Origin: Xylographa opegraphella
Taxonomy: Eukaryota
Direction of reading: 5' to 3'
DNA: 64,000 nt
Assembly (NCBI GenBank): GCA_022813865.1
Contig: JALDZX010000026.1
Coordinates: forward strand, 124,001-188,000
Shown here: positions 40,020 through 52,415 of the stretch, in pieces
How positions within the stretch are numbered: position 1 is the first letter of the stretch
Layout of the letters: each line of letters opens with the position of its first letter
Made by a program: the position numbers and the translations under genes
The notes under the pieces: generated by a model
Seen by the model: only the letters and a program-made list of their open reading frames with translations
Databases searched by the model: none
Told to the model about the DNA's origin: nothing

Positions 40020-41614
40020 TCACTCAGATTTCTTGCCGTCTAATCCTCCATTTACAGCATTCTGCTTGCCGTTCATGCTCTGACCGGGTGCTGGCTTCTC
40101 GGTAATGGTAAGGCAGTTGATGCCTAAATAGCTGCAGATACTGTTGATCACCAGCAGCGCCCAGCGAAAGTATGCGACGACCGCAAAGACGAAGTACGCC
40201 CTTAGATACCACAATTCTTGGACGGCGCTTATACGAGCGAAGCCCAGGTAAGGTAAATTTGTGAGCACGGCCCCTCCGACCAGGGGGACGAGCATGACAG
40301 TCCAGTACGGGAATGGCTGCCGAGTCAAATGGGCCAGGATAATCTTCGTTGTCATACGGCCAAACACGAACGACATAGTGAGGCAGAATAGTACCAGACG
40401 CTTCTCCTGTAGCAGTGCAGAGTAAGGTGAATATAGCCAGGCGCCACATGAGCCTGTGTACACGAGTATTGGAGTCCACTCGAGGAAGACTGGAGCTACC
40501 GGGAGGTTCTGCGCTCGGCGCGCTTTGATGACATTGGTCACACAGGCGGGAAGATGAGCCACAAACAACGAGAACAGCAATATTGGAATCCAAAGATCAA
40601 TGATGGAATGACTACTGAAGATTTCTGGATATCCGACCAAATCCGAAATCGGCTGCGTCCAAATGTAAGGACCGTAGATGCCGGACACGATCATGATCGT
40701 ACAGGCGAGAATAAGTCCCTCTAGGATGATGTCAGTAATACAAACAGCTCCTATGAAGCCGGTGTGCCCACCTGTAGGTCCATTGAAATAGCCTAGATAC
40801 AGCGTGTGGGTATGGTATGTCTCCCAGGTTGAGAAGAACATAGGCAGGCAGGGAATCAGAGCTGTGAACGCCCCTTTTTTCGTGTGTCCGAGAGCCATTG
40901 CACTAGTCTCACACAAGCTTGCTAACGTGCAGTTAAGGGAGTCGATACCATGGCTGAGACAGTCAGAAAATAGATAGGTGAACTATCAATTCAAACCTAC
41001 TCAAATAGCTCTCCAAGTCCGCTTGATTGTCCAGTCCTTCTTGCTTGTTTGCCATCAACGTTGTCCATTGTGGAATACCTATCTCATAAATAACATCAGT
41101 ACCATAGCGCCAAAACAGATGATTCCACAACTCACATCCACAACCCAAATGCAAAGCTATAGTACAACCATGAAGGTCCCTGCGCTTGAATATTAGTGCT
41201 CCAATAGAATAACTGCAGTCTTTTCAATGTCTCTTTGATGGAGAATTGCCTACCGGTCCAACCAGGTCTGGCGTGTAGATTTCCAAGCACAAAACATTCC
41301 CTAGGATGAAGAAAAATCCAAGAAGTGTAACCATATTTGGAGCAAGCCATAGTGGTAGCAACTTCACGAATCCGTTCCACTAGTCGTCAAGTCAATTTCT
41401 GCTCTTTTCTCTGCCGAGGAGGGAGAGGGCAGCCGTACGTAATGTCTAAGGATATAGTGAGATATTAATGACTTGTCCACACTCGAATATTTGTAAGACT
41501 TGAGGTGAACCAATGCATCTTCCGATACGCATTCGTGTGCTGCCGTACCTATCATGACGACAGTATCAGCGGTGTGCCATAGAACATAGGTCATCGTCAA
41601 TCACTTTTGCTCAT
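40020..41614 (-). CDS. Choline/ethanolamine phosphotransferase (CDP-alcohol phosphatidyltransferase, CPT1/EPT1 type)
   Basis: HLKSYKYSSVDKS; WLAPNMVTLLG; DNVDGKQARRT..S..LGE.FDHGIDS motif across exons; WETYHTHTLYLG; multiple introns. Confidence 0.92.
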
Positions 41615-42841
41615 CCTACCTATCTCTTCAAGATTTCTTCTAACCCCTCAACTGCAATCGGAGGGCACCGGAAGAAAAATCGCCAGGTTCCGCGCAAATG
41701 TTGGAAAGGATATTGAACCTAGCAGCAGTACTGACTCAGAAAGCGATTGCTCGAGAACAACTAAATCCGTACAGGCGAAGAAAAACTCGCATCTTGCTCG
41801 GTTTGTCAATACCTTAGGCTCCTAAATAGAGTGGGCGCCCAGTCCTAAAAATTGACTACCGAATTTAAGGGTATTAAGCATAAATCGAAGGCGCTATAAT
41901 GTGCCCTAGGCGGCTATCCTAGTCCTAAATTGCAAGGAGAGGTCGGTCGAGCTAACCCGCTAAGCCAGCCGCCGCTGCGGCTCTTCAAGTGAATCCCTTT
42001 CATCGTGGTGTCAATTAATGATTCAGATTAAGAAGCTATGTCGAGTAGCACGAATAGACTGGTGACACTATTTGCGACCAGGGAAGCAATGCTTCATATG
42101 GCACTAAGCCGTCTACACGGCTCGCAAAGATGTGCCGGCTAAGCGCTCCGGGACCGACATTTACAATCGATTCCGTGCCGGTAACACACCGCACCGTCCT
42201 CCTGCATCGGGAGTGGCCCCAATGCCGCATGATTAGCCCAATGATGGGAGATAGATGACGGGTTAGGTAATCTGACCGACCGGGAGTCAGATCTTTTCAT
42301 TGTTGCCGGTGCCGTATGTTCGATTTAACTACATGAATGACGGGGGGAGGTTGGCAACCTTGGAAAAGGTCTATCTCTTTTTATCGCGACGTGCTGGACT
42401 GTTGATGAACACTCTCTGCGAAGTTTGAGATCTTATCTTCTTCCAACATCCTGCCTAACTGTGCCGGCTGGCTTCTAGGTCTAGTACAGTATCTTGAAGG
42501 TTGGGTGCCTCAGCTTCCAAGTCGCCTATCAAAACTGTTCAAGACTGCTCAGCCGCCCCCCTCAGAGTCTAGCTTGGTCTTATTTGTGGTGTCAAGTCCG
42601 GACCGAGCCGTCGATAGGCTTGGTTGACAGGGTTGTCCAGTCACAGTTGCAACCCCTTTCGGACTGGTGGCTGTATCAACGGCACTTCCATACCACTCCC
42701 GGTCCTGAACGATCTTTCACCGCAGCTCTGAAATATAGGTCCGCCGGTCTTTGAGGAAAAAACAAGTTCAAGTCCACGGATTGTCTCTTCAGAGGGTTGC
42801 TCCTAGAGGTCGTAAAGGAACCTTACCTTCCCTAGCTTCTC

Positions 42842-44729
42842 ATGGCGTCAAACCAACAAACAAGTCTCTCTGAGCATTCAGAGAAACACACTCAAAGCCT
42901 AGCAGCTTCAACTCCAGTTGAAGATAACAACATGACATCAGGCCCTATGCTAGCAGACGAGATCTCCACCGAGAAAGGACTTCAGGGAAGCTCCCAAGCT
43001 GCCACTCCTCCCCGCAAAGTTACTGGTGTATTGTGGGCTCTTGTCGTCCTCTCAATCCTATCATCCACCTTCTTGTTCTCCCTCGACAATACCATCGTCG
43101 CTGATATCCAGCCCGCGATTGTACGAGACTTTGGTAGTGTCGAGAAACTGTCCTGGCTCCCAGTAGCATTTCTTCTTGGTGCTGCTAGTACAAATCTCTT
43201 CTGGTATGTACCGAATTACGCACAAAGCGCGAGAAGTTTATTCCCTATCAAGTTCATTCGCTAACGTCGACTCAGGGGTCAATGTTATGGCCAGTTCAAC
43301 GCCAAGTATGTTTACATACTATGCGTGCTCCTTTTCGAAATCGGGTCCGCTGTATGTGGCGCTGCGCCGACAATGGATGCCCTCATCGTTGGACGAGCAA
43401 TCTGCGGTTTCGGGGGAGCCGGGATGTATACCGGAGTAATGGTCCTGATTTCCGTGACCACTACAGAACTCGAGCGACCGATGTACTTCGGGTTGACGGG
43501 GCTCACATGGGGAACTGGCACAATTCTAGGTGATTTCAGCAAATGTCTTATTTATTTATATCACTGATAAGAGTTTAGGTCCTGTCATTGGTGGTGCATT
43601 CACTGATAGTAGTGCTACATGGCGTTGGTAAGAATACTGAGACATTATAATGGAAAGAAGTTACTGACAGTGTTCTAGGAGCTTTTACATCAACATTTGT
43701 GTCGGTGGCATATGCGCCCCTATCTATCTATTTTTGCTCCCAAGTTCAGATCCACAGCCAAGAACCGTTGCCCTCAAAACGCGGTTCAGCCGAATCGACT
43801 GGGTGGGAACCGTCATTATTTGTGGCGTGTATGCTTCCGGTATCATGGCTATGTCGTTCGGAGGTACTCTGTACGCATGGAGCAGTGGCAAGATCATTGG
43901 ACTCTTCGTGACCTCTGGAGTCCTGATCATCCTCTTTTTCATCCAACAAATCCTGGTCATCGGTACTACAATCTCCCAGCGACTCTTCCCGATCCACTTC
44001 ATGAAATCACCAATCTTGATCATGCTGTTCTTGGCGACCGCCTGTGCCGCAGTCACAGTTTTCGTTCCGGTATACTTCATCCCACTCTACTTCCAGTTCG
44101 TCCGCACGGACAACGCTCTGGAAGCAGGTGTTCGCCTCCTCCCCTTCGTCGCCTTCTCCGTCACCATGGCCATGGTCAACGGTGCAGTCATGGGTAAGAA
44201 GCCATACTACATGCCATGGTACGTCTTCGCCGGAGTCTTCTCCGTCGTCGGCAGCGCCCTGCTTCTCACCGTGGACGAGAACACGTCGACGGCGAAGATC
44301 TACGGCTACAGCATCCTCCTCGGAATCGGGTCCGGCTCCTTCATCCAGCTTTCGTACACGGTCATCCAGTCCAAGGTCGAGAAGGTCGAAATTCCGATCG
44401 GCATCGGCTTCTTAACCTTTGCGCAACTCAGCGGTCCTGCGGTCGCGCTGTGTATCGCAAACGCCGTCTTCCTCAACGAAGCGACGAACGGCATCAGTGC
44501 CCTGGACCCCAGCCTCAGCACCCAGGCCATTCAACTCGTTCTCTCGGGCGCATCGTCGCGCCAGATCGCCGGCATTAGCTCTGCCGTTCAGCAGAAGGCG
44601 CTTCATGTGATTGTGGAAGCGATGAACAAGGCGTACGCTCTCCCATTGTCAGCCGGTGCGTTGACGGTGGTGATGGCGATGTTCATGAAGAGGGAAAAGC
44701 TTTTGTTGGCAGGGCCTCCGCCGGCTTAG
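42842..44729 (+). CDS. MFS drug:H+ antiporter-type (DHA2) efflux transporter
   Basis: LDNTIVADIQPAI, FEIGSAVCGAAPTMDALIVGRAICG, GPVIGGAF...WRW.FYIN and YFIPLYFQF motifs; three introns at about 43205-43276, 43530-43578 and 43628-43678. Confidence 0.92.
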
Positions 44730-45378
44730 CCATCTCCGATCACCGATCGGCTAGTCGGAATAGCATGAAGAACTAGTGGGTTCGTGTTATCCTCCGGTAG
44801 GTAAGGGACGAGATGCATAGAGCATCAATAGACGCAGGTAGCTATTCTATGTAGCAAGCAAAAAGTTTGCAGGCACGCTCAAACATGACCTTGATATGAG
44901 TGACACACGTCAAATTGGTTCCCTTCCTTGACGAAAACGGACGTCAACTCTTGTTTTCCCTCGGGAATATATCGAAATGCGAGGTGAAGAGTACTCATGG
45001 CTGAAATTTTGTTCGTTAGGATCGCGGCTATGGTTTATTGCCAGCCATAGTTATTTCCCGAAGTCAATATTTGCAATCTGGCGAAAGAGGAGTGTTATAA
45101 TTTGCAAAAGCATCTACTCTTTTCTTTGCAGCAGGGTTACGCTACAGCTTATTGGTACACTTGACGAGTTATCTTCGTGAATCTGAGGTGTTTGATCCTA
45201 TGGTATAATATTTGGGACTGGTGATTAACTGTGAAAGCAATCCATACCAGGCTGGCCATGGCGCGGCTTTCCACAAGTCGGAGGGAAGTGCGCATAGTTG
45301 TTTATTCAGTACATCGATCACAAGATTACTCAATCCGATATGGAGTTCAAAATTCGGTTGCTCAGATATTGAACTACT

Positions 45379-46355
45379 CTAGCCCTGCATCTCGATCCCT
45401 CCCGTTCCATGGATGACCTCTCCCGTGAAGTAGCTTCCCAACGGTGAAGCAAGGAACACATAGGCTCCGGCAACCTCGATAGGCATACCAGGCCTCTGCA
45501 GCGGGGCCGCCTCCGTACCGAGTCCTTTCATAGCCTCTTCTGGGTTGCCTTTCGTGGCTGGTTGAAGTGGAGTCCATCTACACACAATCAGGATAAGAAC
45601 TTCAAGCACGCGAGTAATACTTACATGATTCCCGGAGCCACGGCGTTGACCCTAATTCCTTTGGGCGCCTGCTGCTGAGCCAGCGATCTCGTGAAAGTCG
45701 CAATCGCACCCTTGGTACTCGAGTAGTCCACCAGTTGCGGGTTGCCCATGTAGCCAGCCACGGAGCACGAGTTGACAATGCTGCTGCCACGCTTCATGTG
45801 CGGCAGCGCGTATTTGACCATGGTGAACATGCTTATGATGTTTGTCTGATACGTCTTCTCCACGACGTCGAGGTTGATGTCCTTCAGATCATCGCACATC
45901 TCCTGCATGGCCGAGTTGTTGACCAGCACGTTCAGCTTGCCGAACATCTTCATGTGCGCGTCGATCGCTTTCTGGCAGTTCTCCCGCACGGTGATGTCCA
46001 GCGCCATCAGCTGGGCTTTGCGGCCCGCTTTCTCGATCTCCTTCTTCGTGACTTGTGCATCTGCTTCTTCTTGCGGTAGGTACACGAACGTAATGTCGGC
46101 GCCTTCTCGCGCCATCAAGATGGCCACGGAGCGTCCGATACCCGAGTCCGCTCCTGTGATGAGGACCGCCTTGTCCTTCAGCAGCCCTCGCCCTTCATAC
46201 TCCTTGAGATACGGCGAAGTGCCCTCGTCATCCCAGAACTCCAATTGTGTCCAGTTGGCGGCGGGCTCGAGTTTAGCATCCAGCCCTTTCGAGCCTTCTT
46301 GGTTCTGGGGCTTGTCGGGAATGGTGTAAGCGGTAGGTGGGGCTTTGGCAGACAT
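45379..46355 (-). CDS. Short-chain dehydrogenase/reductase (YghA/glucose-dehydrogenase-like)
   Basis: TGADSGIG, NNSA, YSSTK and VNAVAPG|WTPLQP motifs; intron at about 45578-45624. Confidence 0.92.
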
Positions 46356-47030
46356 GATGGGCAGTCGTGGTGATGATTTCTCGTTGTTGAATGTGGATGG
46401 ATATGAAGCTTCGGTGGATTTTAGGGCTCAAAAGGGTATATGAGCTCTGGTGTTTGTGCATGACATCAACATGATGACGCCAGAGCTTGGTCCTCGAACG
46501 AGCTGGCTCCCGGTGGAATGATAAAGCTTTCTGCGATCTGCTGCTTCCATTCGTCGGCCTTTGCAGCCGACAGATGGGGTCGAGTCGCCACTTGGAAACA
46601 TCGTGCTGTTCTACGAAGAAACAGGACTCATAGCGTCCACAGGGCCAGGAACGTCAGTATTTACCTCCGGACTTATCTCCGGGCTTGCCTCGCGTATTTA
46701 TCGGACTACTCGCCTTGACTTTTTGGCAGTACTTTGAGCATCATCGCGACCAGTCATTTGCTGGATGAACGAATATTCCAGATTGCCACATCTACGTTCT
46801 GAGAGATGACTAACAAGCCTTGACGATCGTATTGGTGCTGAGCAGCTCTAATTAACGGGCGGCCTCCCCAGCGATCACAGACTTCATCTGCGGGGTTCAG
46901 ACGTCATCATGAATCCCCAGCTCTCACCACGTATTGTCGTTGGAGCTTTTGGGTCTTTCGCATTTTTGATTTCCTTGCCTTGTGAGAATCCAAATATTTT
47001 GATTATTCAATTGCCCATACTCTCGATATC

Positions 47031-47879
47031 ATGATTTCCCTCTCCAAAGAAGAAACGGCCTCCCGCTTCGGCGTCGAGAAAGCCATCGAGCACTTCCCCT
47101 CCCACCTCACTGACCAAGAGGAGAAGTATGTGAAGACAGTGCTGCAATATATGGACGTGTGTGCTTCTTCAAAACCTTCACTTTGCAATACTTTCAATCA
47201 CCGATCCATCCCCAATGTCTGAGTCTTGTCTACCGCTACGCCCACTGTCCACCCTCCCCCTTTTTAATTTACCCCAATCCCGCTCTCCGCCTTCCTGATC
47301 TCCTATTCTTTCACTCATAGCATCAATCCCTCTCCTTTATTCACTAACCCCACCCCTCACAGATCGCCTACTCCCCGACCCGCAACACAGGCTCCAAATC
47401 CGTCGCCCACTTTTGCGCGCCCTCCAACGTCTTCTCCGCACCCAGCACCTTCCCCACCGCCCACACCGCCGAAGAATACGCCGAATCGCACAGCCACGTG
47501 ATGAGCTCACTGACCGACCTCCACATCATCTCCTTCCAGATCGTGAACGTCAAAGGTACGAGTCCCCCCCTCACCTTCCCCTCCACCCACCCTTCTCAGG
47601 CAACTGCACGCGTGCGTAGACTCGTGGGAGCTGATCTCGACGGGTCGATCAGAGAACCTCGTCTCGCTGAGGTACGAAGCCACGGGCTCGCATGTCGGGG
47701 ACGCGCATAACGGGATCGAGCCGACGCGGAAGAGCGCGCGGTGGTCGGGGGCGGGCAACTTCGTGATGGATGAGGAGACGGGCTTGATCGGGCGATGGTG
47801 GAAGGATTGGGATAAGATGCGGATGTGGAAGGGGTTGGGGTGGGTGAGGGGGGTGGATGGGGAGGCGGAATTTGTGTAG
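47031..47879 (+). CDS. Small SnoaL/NTF2-like protein; not resolved by the ORF track
   Basis: Introns 47157-47362 and 47556-47652 give MISLSKEE...VLQYMD-IAYSP...SLTDLHI...VK-ENLVSLRYEATGSHVG...GIEPTRKSARWSGAGNF...WWKDWDKMRMWKGLGW*. Confidence 0.75.
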
Positions 47880-48236
47880 GGAGGTGGAATGTCCGTGGGA
47901 TGAGAGGCGGAGGCTGGGATTGTAGTTTGAGGTGGCCCATATGGGCTCTCTTGCAGTCACGCAAATGCTGTATCACTCCTTACCATTCTATACCGTATTG
48001 GCCCCCAAATCGACCTGCGAATCAGAGTCGAGGTGTTAAGATTCCAAGACCACGTCAAATAGCCCTCCCTCCCTGCAAATACCATGTTCTCGCATTTAAG
48101 CCTCATATATCCCTTCTTCCCCCATTACCGCAATCAGGATTCAAACACCCCTGAAGCCCAGCCCAGCTCAGTAGTTCCCTTCTCCGTCACAGGAAAATAC
48201 CACTCCTCTCGTCCCCAAACAATTCCCCGTCCCCAA

Positions 48237-49085
48237 CGCCATGCTCACGCTGCCCTACCATTCATTCATACAGAACAGAAAAGCATTTCAGCGCTGGAAC
48301 GGAGCATGTCTTGCTAAAAGCGATATTTTCCAGATCCGGGGCGGCGCGTAAGGTATTGCGATTAGTCGTAACATATGCTAGCGCGGCCCGGCCCAGCCCG
48401 GCCCGTCCCGGCGGCGTTGCTCAACAGCTCCGAGTCGAGGCGAGCAAGCGAGATGCCGGTTCGGTCCCATTGGGTTCGCGGTTCGTACGGAGGTTACAAT
48501 CTACCCGTAGGAAGCGCGGAGGGGGTTCTTCTCGCTACGGCAGATGGGATGGGCGCGTTCCTGGGGCCGTAATGGCTGATTGAATAGGGGGGGGCTTTTC
48601 GGTTGTGGGAGCTAGTCTGCTGTTCGCTCTCGGTATTGGTTTTTCTTTGCTTCAGGAGTCCTTTGGTTTGGTGATGTTGTGAGTGGGTGCTCGATTGGGG
48701 GCGGTATGGCGATGCCGCAAGCGGTGGAGACATCGGCGTTATGGGCATAGCGGACTGGTGTTTTGGAGTCGGTGGAGATGCTCAATGCTGTCGCTTCGCT
48801 GTTGATGGGTTCCTGGAGCGATGGAATGCCAGACGCGCTATTATCGATGTTCTGGAAGACGCGGATCGCGAATGAGGCGTTGTTGTTGATGGCTACGAGG
48901 GTAGCGGCAGGCGGGTAGGGTCCTCACTCCTCCGGCGTGGTGGCGAAATTGCCGTCCCAGACTCTGCATCTCTCCGGGCAATTCCTCGGCTCTATGCTTG
49001 ATTGGTAGGTGGAGCGGAGCACCGGCTGGTATAGCCTTAAATGTGTTCCTCACGCACGACCTTCGCACGGCGCGGTTGCGGACAG
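48237..49085 (+). ncRNA. Candidate large structured non-coding RNA of unknown identity
   Basis: Nested long-range helices containing G-U pairs and no convincing ORF; boundaries approximate; see findings. Confidence 0.4.
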
Positions 49086-49453
49086 ATACGTTTTGGCGTG
49101 ATGCCGTCGACGGGTGACGGGGTGGTTTGGGTTGTGTACATTGAGGCGAAGGGAATACTGATAAGGGAGTGTATTGAGTAGGCATCCATGCGGAATCCCG
49201 GGCCCCTTCTCGGAGTGTGGAAAAGGGGATCTGAAAAAGCATGGAGTCACGACAGCAGAAGCGACAAACACTGGAAACCGGTTTGGGTATACCTTATCAA
49301 ACAAGCAACAACGCAGCATAAGCCACCTGTTCCGGATCTACCTATCCTCTGCGTATTTACATCACAGCACTACACCCAGCAGCAACATAAGAAGTCTCGA
49401 TCAACCTTCCGCCTACCTCCCCGCCTCCCGTCAGATCCCATCTCCAAACTAGG

Positions 49454-50012
49454 CTACAACGCTGCCACCACGCCCACTACTGCTACCACCGCGCCCACCA
49501 ACGACCAGCTCGCCCTCCTTTTCCGCTATACGCACCACTGGTCGCGCCGCCGATACCCTGGGCGCCGGACCCACCCCCTCCGCCGGTCGCCGCGTTCGTA
49601 GCGATGGAGGCAGCCGCGGACTCGGCGACGGAGGCGGAGGCGCTGGCCCTGGACGCGGAGACGGACGCCGGCACGCCGCTGGTGCTCGTGCTCATGCTCA
49701 TGGAGCTGGTGGTGGTGGACATCATGCTGGACGAGGATTGGCCGGTCGTCGAGAGGAGGGAGAGCTGGGCGGTGGCGCCGTTGACGCCGCCTTGGCGGGG
49801 GAGGAGCTGTGGGGTGGAGGGGGCGGTCAGTTCCGGTAGCTGGAGGAGGGTGAGGATAGGGGAAGAGTGAGGTTATTTCTTTCCCGGGTGGGGATAGAGG
49901 AAGGGGAATTGGCGTGGAGCAGGATACGTACCTCGGCGGCAGCAACGGCCTGTGACGAGATAGGGACCAGCAGGGAGAGGAGGAAAACCAGCGCGAGCGT
50001 AGGTTTATACAT
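49454..50012 (-). CDS. Small secreted Ser/Thr/Ala-rich protein with a GPI-type tail in a shifted frame
   Basis: Signal peptide MYKPTLALVFLLSLLVPISSQA; intron 49840-49931; in-frame stop at 49483, but the hydrophobic tail ASWSLVGAVVAVVGVVAAL* lies in an adjacent frame ending at 49454. Confidence 0.7.
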
Positions 50013-51365
50013 CGTGAGTTGCGGTATCGCTATACGTATGCTGGAGATCAGAAATGCGCAGCACTGAAGCTGTTCCGACACGTTCGGTGGTCTTTCAACG
50101 CCTGTTTGCAACGGAGTATGAAAGCTGAAGCAAGCAAGTAGGGACACTTGGGGAAATGGCAGCTGGGGAGCTTCATGTATCAACCCTCACCGGAGCGGCC
50201 CACCCCGGCATAATCGCCAGATCTATCCCCCATGTCCATAATCCGACTACGTGCCATCCCCTCGATGAAATGATAAGGGAAAAACCAAGCGAGCGACGCG
50301 GACAAGCGGGGCGCGCTTCAGCCTCGCTGTTGGTCAATCCGCCCGCACTGACGCGAGGCTTGCAGCTCTTGCGGCCTACGCTCATCGTCATGGATCTTCC
50401 GGCGAGGCGTTGATGTCGCAGATCGCCGGCGCTAGTGGGCCCGAGCGGGCTAAGACTGATCGAGATGGCTGCAAGGGGTAAAGCGCGATCTGCCTCCCGT
50501 GGGTTTTCGTCCAGCCACTGCGGAGAAGGCTGACGCTGATAAGATAAGCGATTTATGGATGGTTTAACTACTTACAGAGGCTCCGACGGGGTCGATGGGA
50601 TGGCTATTCTATATCTATCTACAGTGTGTCACTTCGGGTAGCGATCCTACCACGCGTGTTGGCTCGGGCTTAACGATCATTGCCCGCGACGCGAAAGAAA
50701 TGGCTTGCTTGCTACTTGGAAGAGCGCGGTGGCGGTGCTGGCGGAGCCGATGACGGGGCGGGGCGTCGGTCCTGGGGTGAGCGTGGAGGCATGAAGTGTG
50801 GGGAGGTTAATGATTGACGCGCCACTCGGTGGGATGAGAGCGAACGATGTTGCGGAGCTGGAATCTCGCTGGATTTTTCGTGAGTAAGGTACGGGATTGT
50901 AAGGATTAATATGTAGGTTGTGAAGGATATTCGAGTGTTTTGGTAAGATTTATATGACTCTGGAGACTTGGATGTTTCCTTTATACTGGCAATTCTTAGT
51001 TGTCTGTATGGATATCTACGTTCTTGATGTCAATGTCGTCCTATGTCCATATATATTCGATTCCCAGCTGGCGGTTGTGGAAAGTGCTTTCAATGTCGAT
51101 TATGTACAAATCTGTGGTCAACAGAGCGGGAATATCTCCAGGCTCCGAGAAGAACCGAGATTACTCCATCCTTTCCTGCGTTGCCCTAGACAATTGCCAT
51201 CCACGAATGCATCTCTGCAGATGGCCGACTCATGATCGGGCTCCGTTAGCAGAAGCTATACCGGTACCCTACGGGCCAAAACTGCGGCTCCTGGTAGGCG
51301 GAAGAGTGGAAAGGCGAAACCAACAAAATAGCCGCGAACCATCAAACGGCGTGACAGCGCCACAG

Positions 51366-52415
51366 CTACTTCCTACCCTTAAACGGCCCGTTGAGCAACC
51401 ACTCTCCGACAACCCGAAACGCCTCATCCGAGTCCTTCTTGATCTTCGCCGGGTCATCCTTAGTCGGGCCCCACAGATGCGTGAACGCATGCCCCGCACC
51501 CTTAACAAGCACCCACTTCAGCCTCTCACCCTCAGCCTCAAACCCATCCCGATCCCGCCCACCCAGTCCCTCCGACCCGCCAACCTTCACGAGCTCTTTG
51601 CCCGCCAACCGCCCCATCATGGCTCCAGCCTCGTTGGCCAGGATGTCAAGCTCGGCGCCCACCGCGCACACCCACTCGGGCAGCTCCTGGCGTGCTGCGA
51701 ACGCGGGGCTCAGCCCCGGCACTCGTAAGTCCTGACCGACAGGTACGTAGGCGTAGCACACGAGCGGTACGGCCTTCATGAGGCTGTCAACTTCGCCCTC
51801 GTACCGGTACGGCCGCGTATCCTTTCGGGCGGCCGCGCTGATGGTGAAGTCGACCGGGGGGTAGAAGGACACCACGGCGTGGACCTTGGCTTTGAGCCGG
51901 GTATCCTGGCAGGCGCTCAGCGCGAGCTGGCCCCCTGCCGAGAAGCCGCTAATAGCGACGCGATCGCGGTCGATGGGGAGGGAGTCGTCAGCGAGGATGG
52001 AGAGGACGGTGGCGACGACCTGCCGCGTTGGAAGGGGGTAGCGGTCCCTCGGCGGTTTGAGGTAGGCGAGCGAGATGACGAGGACGTTCCAGTCCGAGGC
52101 GACTTTCGCACTGACAACATCGTCGAGGCCTGGGTCGCCGAAGGCGAAGCCTCCGCCATGCATGGACAGGTAGAGCGGCAGCGGGGCGGAAGAGGAAGTG
52201 TAGGATTCGGGGTAGAAGAAGCGGTGCCTTAGGCGAGGGGCGGAGGGATAGGATTTTATAAGCGTGGGTATGGTGCCTGGCGCGGGCCTCTTGAACCAGC
52301 TTCGCAGAGTGAAAACGACGCGGAAGAGGATCCGAAAGCCGAAGAGGTAGCTCTGGTAGTACACTCGACTTAGGAAGGGAAGAGCGGGGTTCGGAAGCGG
52401 AGGAAGTGAAGACAT
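51366..52415 (-). CDS. Alpha/beta hydrolase (HSL-like esterase/lipase, Abhydrolase_3)
   Basis: HGGGF oxyanion motif, GFSAGG nucleophile, ELDIL Asp, GHAF His. Confidence 0.92.
   Translation of the reverse strand: MSSLPPLPNPALPFLSRVYYQSYLFGFRILFRVVFTLRSWFKRPAPGTIPTLIKSYPSAPRLRHRFFYPESYTSSSAPLPLYLSMHGGGFAFGDPGLDDVVSAKVASDWNVLVISLAYLKPPRDRYPLPTRQVVATVLSILADDSLPIDRDRVAISGFSAGGQLALSACQDTRLKAKVHAVVSFYPPVDFTISAAARKDTRPYRYEGEVDSLMKAVPLVCYAYVPVGQDLRVPGLSPAFAARQELPEWVCAVGAELDILANEAGAMMGRLAGKELVKVGGSEGLGGRDRDGFEAEGERLKWVLVKGAGHAFTHLWGPTKDDPAKIKKDSDEAFRVVGEWLLNGPFKGRK

Noticed and set aside
48210..48236. CGTCCCCAA repeated with an 18-nt period as a possible variant telomerase template
   Set aside because: It lies outside the main enclosing helix in low-complexity C-rich DNA and cannot be tested without the telomere sequence.
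48565..48580. GGCCGTAATGGCT resembles the 5' end of fungal SRP RNA
   Set aside because: It has CGUAA instead of the UGUNR motif, there is no helix-8 signature downstream, and an internal T-run would stop Pol III.
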